From positions 137,395,607 through 137,432,969 of the forward strand of contig NC_068982.1 of assembly GCF_001194135.2 (NCBI RefSeq): DNA of 37,363 nucleotides, given 5' to 3'. Source of the DNA: Octopus bimaculoides (Eukaryota). The notes under the pieces were generated by a model that saw only the letters and a program-made list of their open reading frames with translations, was not told where the DNA came from and ran no database searches. A program made the position numbers and the translations under genes. This document shows, in pieces, positions 21,166 through 32,018 of this stretch; positions within the stretch are counted from its first letter, which is position 1; every line of letters begins with the position of its first letter.

Positions 21166-23662
21166 GTAATTTAACCCACTCAGAATATTTGCTTAAATTC
21201 AAAAAATACTGATTTTTCTAATCTGATGATGATACTTAAGAAAATATTGTTTTGGTATTAAATGTATTATTGTTAAAGCCGAACGATTGCCTTATTTTTA
21301 TCACAAAGCCATAAATTTGGTTAGGATGACATGACAATTATTATTATCACAATATTTTAAACATTGGCACCTTGAATTGTTAAACGAAAAGAAATGATAA
21401 CTTTATTTGCTATTATCTTTAATCAATTCATTTAAAAGAAAGGTTATTGTTGTTGCTGTTATTTAACCTTTGGTCAGTCCCGTTTATCATTAAGACATTC
21501 TATTCGTGACCATCTTATACGTACTGGCAAACCTTGTATGGAATTGTGTATGTTCTTTTTCTAAAACAATAATGGATGATTTGAGTGACATTTGGCTCCT
21601 GTTTCTAGCGGATCGAATAACCACTTAGCGACTCTTTCGTGAACTTGAGTATAAGTGTTTTTTCGTTGTTGTATAAATTGAAACAGCTATTCTTGTTTAG
21701 TTTTAATTCGGTCCTGATCAAAGGCATTCCAACTGTGACCATCGCATCTATTTTTGAATAGTGTAAACCTAGCGTATTCTTTTCTACTTCGAAGATGGTA
21801 AATTGTGGTTTGAATGTATTTCAGTGCTATTTCTAACAGACCGAGCGACCACCTAGAGGTTGCTCAAGATTACAATATTTGTAATTGTTGTTGTTGAAGT
21901 ACACCAATATGTGGGGAGTGAAACTGACTGCATTCCTCAATTTCCGGCGACATGACAACAGTTGATCGTGTCTGGTAAAATATATTTATTTACTTTTATT
22001 TACGTCGAACAAAACCTATCTGATATCATTTCATAAACCCTAAATATGTTCTCTTAGCACAATACACTAACTCCTCTTACTTTATAAATATTAGTTTAAC
22101 CCTTCTCCGCTAAACCCCATCACATTCTCTCTAACACACCCTTTTAGTTTAATATTTATTATTCAGTTCGAGTAGGAACTAAATTACTCCCAGACCATCT
22201 TTTTATATTTCATCGATGCTCAATTTCTTTCTTCTTCATTAGTTAAATGTTATAATCTGTTCACTTAAATGACATTTATTTATTTATATAATGTAGCATA
22301 TAGGCTTAACCTAATGTCATGATATCAACTTAATTGCGTCGCTCTTGCAGGTTCTGTCTGTCGTTTTATCGGCGGAACAAATAAAGATTTCCAAACATTC
22401 GTTGTTATCTATTAATCTATTTACGTTCTAGGTTTTAATCCCACCTAGATAAACTTCTCCCTTCGGCTTTCCGATGTCTATGCAATAAAGTATCAGTCGG
22501 GTACTTAAGTCTTGTCGACTTTTCTTTTCAAAGTTTCCAGCCTTGTTTTTATGTATAAAATCAGTTATCTTTTCGAACCAATTGATTTTGAAACCCCTGC
22601 AATCTACAGCCTTTTAAAAGAATCGTTTTTTTTATCTTACTTCGATATAAAACTTGTTATGACAAACGAGGAACAATGAAAAGACTCGTGATTCTCTGAA
22701 ATATCCTCAGTAGCCATCGAATATGACAGCTGGAAAGAGAAAGGCCTGCATCAGAACTCAACTGAATAGGCTGGCGCAACCTGGAACTGTGTGCCTCGCT
22801 GAAGAACACAACGTGCCACCTAGTCTAGGAAACGAACTCATGTTTCTTTCGACTGTGAGCGCAATACCTTAACCACTAAGCTAGACATAAGTCAGTTGCT
22901 AATCACGGCTGAAGTATTTCTGTTACTACATTTGGGATGTAGATTATAAATGTTTGATCAACCCGAGTTTTATCAGAGATTGTAAGCCTTAACTTTTTTC
23001 AGGACTAGAATGTGTTGTGTTTTTATTGTTTAGGTCTACTCTAACAGGCTTATGATAAAAAACAGAAAAGAGAACTTCAGTTGTAAAAAATCTATCTTTC
23101 CTGAGGTGCAAAAAGAACCTAAGGACCCCAGTTTGTTCTGTTCTCGGACAAGAGGAAGTAATGTCAGTAGAAATTTGGCTTCCTTATTATGTCTTATATC
23201 TCATTTCTAATGTGGAATGAAGAGGTAGGATTACCTTCTTTCTTGTTTCTCACAGAATTCATCCAATGAGTCTTAGTTAACGCTGAGTTTGAGGCCTAAA
23301 TTGGATAAACATGATTTAATATGAACTGTGGTAAGCCTGTCTTGCTGTGTACCTATCCTCGTTTTAGAATAGTTAGGCCATGGCCCACATCTCATAAGAG
23401 GTGACTTAAAGGATTGGCAACTGGAAAGGCATTTGTTCATAAACACTGCTGATAATGATAATAATTATTATTAACCATTTTCCAAGAATGATTGTTCTTA
23501 CTTTTTACTTTCATTCTTACTTTTTCTTCTATAAAACTTTATATGTGAGAATGGATGTATCTTAAGTTACCTTATTCTCAGATTTGCAATTTGACAATTT
23601 TTTTTTCTTGCTTTTTTTTTCTCTCTCACTTGTAATTAAGATAAGAGACAAGCATTTTGAAA

Positions 23663-23721
23663 ATGGAAAAAGATGCAGACATCTTAAGCAAGTATAGATC
23701 TGTTACAAATAAGCTGAAAAA
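23663..23721 (+). CDS. F8A1: 40 kDa huntingtin-associated protein (F8A1/HAP40) coding exon 1
   Basis: Acceptor at 23639-23640, in-frame upstream TAA at 23642, gaaaATGG start. MEKDADILSKYRSVTNKLK(K)|gtaagt, containing the YR.V..KLKK motif. Confidence 0.88.
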
Positions 23722-25657
23722 GTAAGTGTAATATCAATTTGTGTTTTCTTTTCTGTGATTTAAAAAGTTCACTCCTCAAGGAAGTGGTTTGGGGCTCAGT
23801 CCCATGCTTGGCAAAAAATGAATGAACAGTGTATGTATGTATGTGTGTGTGTGTGTATGTATGTATGTGTGTGTGTATGTATGTGTGTGTGTGTGTGTGT
23901 ATACAAGCAGGCTGATAGATAGAGAGAGAGAGAGAGAGAGATAGATGTAGGCAGACTGTAGATGTCAGTGTGGTTAAGAAGTTTGCTTCTCAACCACATG
24001 GTTTTGGGTTCAATCCTACAGCTTGAAACCTTAAACAAATGTTTTCTACCATATACCTGGACTGATCAAAGCCTTATGAGTGGATTTGGCTAAGAGAAAC
24101 TAAAAGAAGGTTATCATCATCATCATTTAACGTCCGTTTTCCATGCTAGCATGGGTTGGACGGTTCGACCGGGGTCTGGGAAGCCAGGAGGCTGCACCAA
24201 GCTCCAGTCTGATCTGGCAGTGTTTCTGCAGTTGGATGCCCTTCCTAATGCCAACCACTCCAAGAATGTAGTGGGTGCTTTTTACTTGCCAGAGGAGGCT
24301 GGCAACGAGCACGATCAGTTGGTGCTTTTTACATGCCACCGACAATATATATTTATATATATATATATATATATNNNNNNNNNNNNNNNNNNNNNNNNNN
24401 NNNNNNNNNNNNNNNNNNNNNNNNNNNNNNNNNNNNNNNNNNNNNNNNNNNNNNNNNNNNNNNNNNNNNNNNNNNNNNNNNNNNNNNNNNNNNNNNNNNN
24501 NNNNNNNNNNNNNNNNNNNNNNNNNNNNNNNNNNNNNNNNNNNNNNNNNNNNNNNNNNNNNNNNNNNNNNNNNNNNNNNNNNNNNNNNNNNNNNNNNNNN
24601 NNNNNNNNNNNNNNNNNNNNNNNNNNNNNNNNNNNNNNNNNNNNNNNNNNNNNNNNNNNNNNNNNNNNNNNNNNNNNNNNNNNNNNNNNNNNNNNNNNNN
24701 NNNNNNNNNNNNNNNNNNNNNNNNNNNNNNNNNNNNNNNNNNNNNNNNNNNNNNNNNNNNNNNNNNNNNNNNNNNNNNNNNNNNNNNNNNNNNNNNNNNN
24801 NNNNNNNNNNNNNNNNNNNNNNNNNNNNNNNNNNNNNNNNNNNNNNNNNNNNNNNNNNNNNNNNNNNNNNNNNNNNNNNNNNNNNNNNNNNNNNNNNNNN
24901 NNNNNNNNNNNNNNNNNNNNNNNNNNNNNNNNNNNNNGGCTGTTGCCAGTACCGCCTGACTGGCTCCCGTAGGATTTTCGAGCGAGATCGTTGCCAGTGC
25001 CCCTGGACTGGCTTGTGAGGGTGGCACATAAAAGACACCATTTCGAGCGTGGCCGTTTTCGTGCAGGTGACACGTAAAAGCACCCACTACACTCTGAGTG
25101 GTTGGCGTTAGGAAGGGCATCCAGCTGTAGAAACTCTGCCAAATTAGATTGGAGCCTGGTGTTGCCATCCGGTTTCACCAGTCCTCAGTCAAATCGTCCA
25201 ACCCATGCTAGCATGGAAAGCGGACGTTAAACGATGATGATGATGATGATGATATATGAAAGTTTGTGTGTAAATGAGTGTGTATGTATGTATGTGTCTT
25301 CTTCCCTTGACATTACTTGTCACAATCATACAAACAATATCATTCATTTATGATAGCCTGTGAAAGCATGTCTGACTGTGAGGAAATATTACTTTGCTTG
25401 GAAACAGGTGAACATTGACAAGAGATACTGGTGAAAATGCAGAAAGGTTTCCGATGTTGTGGAAGTTTGCAATATCTTAAAATCTTCTAAGTTGTTTCAG
25501 CAGTTTTTGTATCAGGCAAAGCATCTCTTGATGTTTATTTTACTTATATTTTATGTATGTGTGCATCTATAATCACACACACACACACACACAAAGCACA
25601 TATGCACACTTATATATACATATATAAAATTTTTATTGAGATCCTTGTTCTTTTTAG

Positions 25658-25704
25658 ACGTTTTCTGAAAAAGCCAAATGTAGCTGAAGGAAGCGAACAG
25701 TTCG
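25658..25704 (+). CDS. F8A1: HAP40 coding exon 2
   Basis: ttttag|A CGT...TTC G|gtgagt. RFLKKPNVAEGSEQF, the hallmark RFL.KPNVAE..EQF of HAP40. Confidence 0.93.
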
Positions 25705-27680
25705 GTGAGTTGCTTTACTTATATACATTTTTCTTGCATTGTCCTTTGAATGACTGTGTGGTTCAGAAGTTCGCTTTGCAATCATGTGATTTGGGGTTCA
25801 ATCCCATTGTATGGCATAATTTCAAGTTGGAAATAAAACCGCAGGAGGGAAATTCAGCAAACAAAAACTGTGCAGAAGCCTATCGGATTTTTATGCTTAG
25901 ATGTATATTGGAGAAGTGGGGGTATTGCTGAATTGGTAAGGTATAAAATAATAAGACTTTGTGGTGTTCCCTTTCACCCTCAATTATGTATCTTTACAGG
26001 TTGACAAATACCTTGTGAATGGCGTTTGGAAGACAGACACTACTGAAGTATACACACACACACTGTTTGTGTTTATGTATCTTCTGCTGGTATACTGAGA
26101 GGGAAAAAAAATCAATATGCCAGTGGTTTCATAGAAAAGTACTCTTTGATATTCGATCCTCCTGAGTTGTTCAGATTCTCTTGAATCACTTTTAATCATG
26201 GTTGAAACCCCTTTGGACACAGCTCTCCTTGATCAGAAGTGAGCTAGGGTTAAACAACATCAGCCTATTCTGTGGTACTTATTTACAACTTGATCAACCA
26301 GCGGATGTAAACAGTGAAGCAATGTTATCTATGGACACAAATAAATAATGATATAAACTTGATGCTTGCTACATCATCAGTTCTCACCTACTATTCTGTG
26401 TGACTAACATGTATTAGCAATATGTATTGGTGTATAAGTAATAGAAACGTGTATTATAACTGCAATGTCTCATAATTCTGTGTCAGTATGATGTGATATA
26501 TGTGTGTAATGTAACAGTAAGTACTTTTTCTTTTTCCAGTAGCTGCAACTAAGATGTGTTTCACAATGCCTCACCAGGAATATCTATCTCCAATTGGCTT
26601 CATTAAAGCCTCAAAAATCATGTTGAGTTTGTCTGCCAGTAGCACCAGTGCCCTCTATTAGGGTGTGGAAGTTTACAGAATATAACGTCTGATATAGCCT
26701 ACTGTCCAGCATAATAGCAGTATCCAGAAAAGCTTTCCCCTAATTTGAGCAATGATGGTAGAAAAGGGTAGAATGTATCCATAAATCCTGTTGGTTTTGT
26801 GTTTGCATCATGAGATGTCTTGGGCTCTTATGGGAAACCTGGTGCACATACCATCAAAGCAATCATGAAATTTCTTCTCCAAAGTCCAGGCTTCATCTTC
26901 ATTGAGAAGAATTCTCCCCACTTAACTTAGATTGTGATTGTCTGTAGACACAGTGAAATATAAGTGTTAGCTCAAAGTTTGCTACTTTATCATTCTACCA
27001 TCTTGTGTAAGTTAACACAGTAGAAATCTGTGTGATCGCAATAATATCACATATGCCTCAACGTATCATCATCATTTAATGTCTGTTTTCCAAGGGTTGG
27101 ATGGTTGGACAGGAGCTGGCAAGCCAGAGAGCTGCATCAGACTCCGGTTGTCTGTTTTGGCATGGTTTCTACAGCTTGACGCTCTTCCTAATGTCAACCA
27201 CCTTACAGAGTGTACTGGGTGCTTTTTACATGGCACCAACACCTGTGCTTTACACAAGGAGCCATCACCAGTCATGGCACCAGCACTGCCTATGTCAATT
27301 AACTCAAGTCAAGCCTCTAGTGTAACAACAAATATGTGCAGAAGGTACATATTAACCATTCAAAAACGCATAAAACTTGTTAACTTCACTTCAACATTTA
27401 TTACTTGCTGTCAGTGACCAGATTTCAATTAAGGTGATGAAAAATTTCATTCCAAATGAAGTTAACAGTCTTTGTGTGTTTTTGAATGACCAGTATGAGT
27501 CTTTCATGCTGAAATTGTTTTTGTTTCAACACATAGTCTCAGAGCAAATCACTTTCCAGACAATTACATCTATGGAATGTATATCTGGTCTAATGTATTT
27601 AACCCTCTGTAAGTTTTATTTTGTCTTTGTGTTTAGATCTGTAAAAATTTGAACAAACTGTTTTCTTTTCTCTTCAACAG

Positions 27681-27753
27681 CTGCTTTGGCAAAGAATCTG
27701 CGTCGGCAAGAATGTCCTCAATATTCTGGTTTTTGCTGTTTAGCGCAAGCCAG
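27681..27753 (+). CDS. F8A1: HAP40 coding exon 3
   Basis: caacag|CT GCT...GCC AG|gtaagt. (A)ALAKNLRRQECPQYSGFCCLAQA(R). Confidence 0.92.
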
Positions 27754-28083
27754 GTAAGTTATTGCATGTGTATGCATTCTGGGAATGGTCTGTGTTTCAA
27801 TTCCCGATGTCCATTTTTTAAAATATTTCTTTTCAGTGAAAGAGATGTTTCCATAATAGAAACTTGACCGTATTAATAATTCCCGAATTTTCTCTCCTGG
27901 CAATTTCACATGAAACGGTTGTTGTATTGTGAGGTGGAATTGTGTATATAATTACCTCTCTTACATCAAAATTTACCTACAGGAGGAAGGTGGGGGGGTT
28001 AAGATAAATTGGGTTATCTCCCTTGCATCTGCTAACTCGAAAATTTTGGGTTAGTAGCCCACGCTTTTAACCACTATGCCCAC

Positions 28084-28348
28084 GGGCATATGGCATAGTG
28101 GTTAAGAGCGTAAGCTACTAACCCCAAGATTCCGAGTTTGATTCCAGACAGTGACCTGAATAATAATAATAGTAAGGATAATAACAGTAATAATAATAAT
28201 AATAATAATAACATCGAAAAATACCTTAGGAATGAGAACCCAGGTTCGAAATTTCCTCAAGACACCTGATGAAGACTGGAGGGTATATCAGCAGAAACGT
28301 TGTGTTAACAACAAACAAGATGAGGACAAATATCCGTCAAATGTAAAT
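28084..28348 (+). mobile_element. Composite SINE-like element: tRNA-like head, (AAT)n, then Penelope-like tail with hammerhead
   Basis: A-box-like TGGCATAGTGG and B-box-like GAGTTTGATTCC, (AAT)n at about 28160-28210, then a tail containing CTGATGA...GAAACGTT. Confidence 0.7.
28261..28306 (+). ncRNA. Minimal type I hammerhead ribozyme fold
   Basis: GACAC-CUGAUGA-A-GACUG gaggguauau CAGCA-GAAA-CG-UU-GUGUU. Helix I GACAC/GUGUU, intact core, palindromic AACGUU helix III. Helix II has 2 mismatches in this copy. Confidence 0.72.
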
Positions 28349-28592
28349 AAAGTTCTACTTTTTACCTCACAATTTTTGAAGCAATTCCAACATGTTGGCT
28401 CGCAGTTGAATAGCATAAACTGTGGTATCTGTCATAGTTCAGTGTAGAAAGTGACTGTGGTTGTTTTCAGCTAACTGAGTAATTGTGTAGAGGCATCTTG
28501 GTTAGTGTGTATTCGTGAGTCTCCAAGCAGGCATATGATTATATTGGATTGCAGTTGACTTGCTGTCTATTTACACAATTTTTTATTTCCAG

Positions 28593-28752
28593 GTGTGAAC
28601 ACACTTTGGCAAATGCTGCAGGAGAAGCTCAGGCTTTGACAGAGGCTGCGAGATCATTCCTCGAAGCAGAAATGGCAAACAGAGATTTAAAATGCCCAAG
28701 TTTTGAGGAGCATCTGTCTGCTGCCATCAACTGTTACAGCCATGCTATCAGA
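28593..28752 (+). CDS. F8A1: HAP40 coding exon 4
   Basis: ttccag|G TGT...ATC AGA|gtaagg. CEHTLANAAGEAQALTEAARSFLEAEMANRDLKCPSFEEHLSAAINCYSHAIR, containing the GEA.ALTEAAR.FL motif. Confidence 0.94.
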
Positions 28753-29610
28753 GTAAGGAACAACGGATTTTGCTTCTCTTCTTTTTTCTTTTTTCTTTTC
28801 AATAATATTTTTTGTTTATCTTTGTTTTGTTTTTTGGGTGTGACTGTAGTAAGAATTTTGCTCGCCCACTGCAAGGTTTTGAGTTCGGTCTCACTGTGTG
28901 GCACCTTGAGCAAGTGTCTTTTACTATTACCTGGGCTGACCAAATTCTTGTGAATGAGTATTATAAATGGAAGCTGAAAGAGGCCTGTCATATGTATCAT
29001 CATCATCATTATCATCATCATCATCATCAAGTTGTGTCAGTCATTTATAGTATTTTGTGAAGATATGACTGGCCATGGGGAAATATTATCTTTGCTTGGA
29101 ATAAGGTGAGGGTTGCCAACTGGAAGGGCATCTGGCAGTAGAAAATCTGACAGCCCTCAACAAATTCTGTTCATCCCATGTGAGGATGGAAAATGGGCAC
29201 CATCATCATCATCATTTAACGTCTGTTTTCCATGCTGGCCTGGGTCGGACAGTTTGACAGGAACTGGCAAGCCAGAGGGTTGCACCAGCCCCCAATCGTC
29301 TGTTTTTGGCATTGTTTCTATGGCTGGATGCCCTTCCTTATGCCAACCACTTTACAGGTTAGACTGGGTGCTTTTTACATGGCATCAGCACCAGTGTTTT
29401 ATATGTGGTACCAGCACGGGTGCTTTTTTACATGGCACTAGCACATGTGCTTTTCATGGCACAAGCTCATGTGTTTTTCATGTGGTATCAGTCTGTGTGT
29501 ATGATAAAACAAAATCCATATTTTGGTTGATAAGGCAATACTAGAAAATATTTTAAACTTTATGACTGTGTATGGTGGACATTATATACTTTTTTCCTTT
29601 CCTTTTACAG

Positions 29611-29679
29611 GTTCATATTGAGAACAAACAACCTGCACTAGGTGCTGCCCTTTGTATGGAACTCGGTGATGTTTTAATG
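29611..29679 (+). CDS. F8A1: HAP40 coding exon 5
   Basis: ttacag|GTT...ATG|gtaagg. VHIENKQPALGAALCMELGDVLM. Confidence 0.92.
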
Positions 29680-30049
29680 GTAAGGACATATATTTATTTG
29701 TTTGTTTGTATTGGCTTCTTTACACAAAACTTTCAATGGAACTGACTAAAAATCAATCGGTTATATAGTCCAATTCCAACCATTCTATAGAGAATCAGTT
29801 ATCATTTAAGGTCTGTTCTCCATGTTGGCATGGCTTGGATGTTTTGACAGGAGTTGGCAGAGCCAGGGACCACACCAGGCTGTTTTGGCTTGGTTTCTGC
29901 AGCTGGATGCCCTTCCAAACACCAACCATTTTACAGGCTAGACTGGGTGCTTTTTATATGGCATCAGCAACAGTGTTTTATACGTAGTACCAGCACGGGT
30001 GCATTTTACACGGCACCATCAACAGTACTTTTTTATCAGTACTATATTA

Positions 30050-30616
30050 TTATTATTATTGAGTGAGAGAGCAGTGCATGCCATCAAAGTGACACTGGGG
30101 TACAAATATACGAAGCCCATTATACCCATCATGACTACCCATCTGATAAGGGTACACTAGGCACATGCATCACAACCATATGTGCGCAACATGGTGATCT
30201 CATATCAAGATAAACAGCGCATGACCTCGCAGGTGGGGCTTAGTTAGAATTTTCTTCAGGTCGAGTAGCCCATCCCACTCAAAAGGTCCCTGAATAAGGT
30301 TTGTTTAAGGATGTTGAGCAAAACACCCATGTTTCCAAAAGTGAATTATTCAAACCCCAAAGAATTCCTCTCAACACATGGTTATGATGCTCCCCCACTA
30401 CTTCTGCTCATGATCAGAGATGCACATATCGTCAGCCACCAAGGGACATGCTCAACTGGATAAGGTCAAACAACTGACAAGCAAATCTGTAGTATTAAGC
30501 AGAATATTTGCTGAAGCCCATCTTTTTATACCAAGACAAAACAATGTACATGATGACACTTCCAATCAATTAAGATGTGAAGCCATGAGAGCCACTGCCT
30601 GGTACTGCATCTGGGC

Positions 30617-30625
<9 letters not shown>
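30050..30625 (-). mobile_element. Unclassified ~570-bp interspersed element flanked on both sides by (ATT)n
   Basis: GC-richer non-coding block bounded by tattattattatt (30049-30061) and (att)n (30619-30660). On the minus strand it ends in an (AAT)n tail. Confidence 0.5.
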
Positions 30626-30661
<36 letters not shown>

Positions 30662-31324
30662 GTAGGACTTGGGCAAAGGCATATCACATGATTTCAGTCT
30701 GCTTGGTTGATAAAATAGATTCCACTTTTGTTTACATTATTAGAAGTCGGAAAGATATTCAGTTGTAAAGACAATTACTGAAATAGTCTTGAGATATATT
30801 TGAGACATATTTAGAGAGATTGATTATTGATGATTAGAATTGAAGAGATGGAATATAGGTGATTGAGAATTTTCTCTGTTGTTGTTGTGTGCCAGTTGGT
30901 AAAGGACAGCTGTAGGTGATGAGACACTGTGGGAACTATGCACTAAATACCTTTAGATGTGTGTTGCAACAAGGAACTACGTGGTAAAGAGGATTGTCAG
31001 CAGGACAAAAACAAACCCTGTCAAAAGAATGGATGAACCGAGCAAAGGTTCAACAACTGTCTAACAGTACTCCGCAGAGGATAGATACCAGGGGAGGGAG
31101 TTTAGTAGCAGTAGTATGGAGGTATGTGTTGTAATAGCGTGTCACTACCATTTGTTGAGGATTCTCTACTCCTGGTGGATAGCACCTTTACCCAATGAGG
31201 TGACAACCATCCACCCCATGGGTTTGTTTTGGGTAGTCATTGCTGGTGAGGGTTTTACTAGCTCAGGGTGCAAATCCTATCTTAACCTTTTTTAGACAAA
31301 ATGTTTTGCATTTTTTCATCTATT

Positions 31325-31405
31325 AGGTTCTGAGTTCAAATCCTGCTGTGGTCAACTTTGCCTTTCATCTCCTCTTGGTTTGATAAAATAAAGTACCAAT
31401 CAAAT
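31325..31405 (+). mobile_element. SINE fragment with gcctttcatc..t.ggtcgataaaataagtacc domain
   Basis: gagttcaaatcc...actttgcctttcatc...gataaaataaagtacca. Related fragments at about 7545-7625 (-), 19745-19810 and 22430-22510. Resembles the Deu/Nin-type SINE central domain from memory. Confidence 0.55.
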
Positions 31406-31469
31406 TTTATTCCATCTGCCTGTACTTCAAACAGTTTTTAATGATCCTTTTCTTAACTTTTAATTATAG

Positions 31470-31532
31470 TCATTGAATAAAGCCAGTGAATCTATGGGTC
31501 ACTACCAGAGAGCTGCAGAACTTCAGTCACAG
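31470..31532 (+). CDS. F8A1: HAP40 coding exon 6 (later exons not found in visible sequence)
   Basis: ttatag|TCA...CAG|gtgagt. SLNKASESMGHYQRAAELQSQ, containing the GH(F/Y)QRAA.LQ motif. The six exons give 157 aa of open frame. Confidence 0.9.
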
Positions 31533-31613
31533 GTGAGTTATTGTTCTCATCTAGTATGAGGAAAATAATCTTAAACATCTCTCTCTCTTCACATCTCTCT
31601 CTCTCTCCCTCTC

Positions 31614-31659
<46 letters not shown>

Positions 31660-31662
<3 letters not shown>

Positions 31663-31822
31663 TATTTGGTGAATGACCCCCATGGTCACCCCTACTTGAA
31701 TAGACATTTGGTAAGGAGCTTTCATTATTTCTTGATACATCCACCTCATCTTTATGATAGACATGTTGTAGTACAACTGAAGACTCATTAGGCATAGTCC
31801 TTATTCGTAAGANNNNNNNNNN

Positions 31823-31868
<46 letters not shown>

Positions 31869-32018
31869 TATTTGGTGAATGACCCCCATGGTCACCCCTA
31901 CTTGAATAGACATTTGGTAAGGAGCTTTCATTATTTCTTGATACATCCACCTCATCTTTATGATAGACATGTTGTAGTACAACTGAAGACTCATTAGGCA
32001 TAGTCCTTATTCGTAAGA
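31660..32018 (+). repeat. Identical 153-bp direct duplication across a 10-N gap (likely assembly artefact)
   Basis: 31660-31812 equals 31866-32018, each preceded by (CT)n and separated by N 31813-31822. Confidence 0.85.

Noticed and set aside
26540-26661. Strong acceptor ttttccag as HAP40 exon 3
   Set aside because: The frame hits TAG without a donor and shows no HAP40 similarity. 27681-27753 fits instead.
27434-27512. Box C/D snoRNA-like pair (GTGATGA...CTGA) in a HAP40 intron
   Set aside because: It is 168 nt from the 3' splice site, the stem is offset, and I could recall only a short possible rRNA match, so it is compatible with chance. The same applies to 1050-1132, which straddles a duplication junction.
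31660-32018. Tandem duplication as a biological event
   Set aside because: The copies are identical, each follows (CT)n, and they are joined by a 10-N placeholder, the typical pattern of an unmerged contig overlap.
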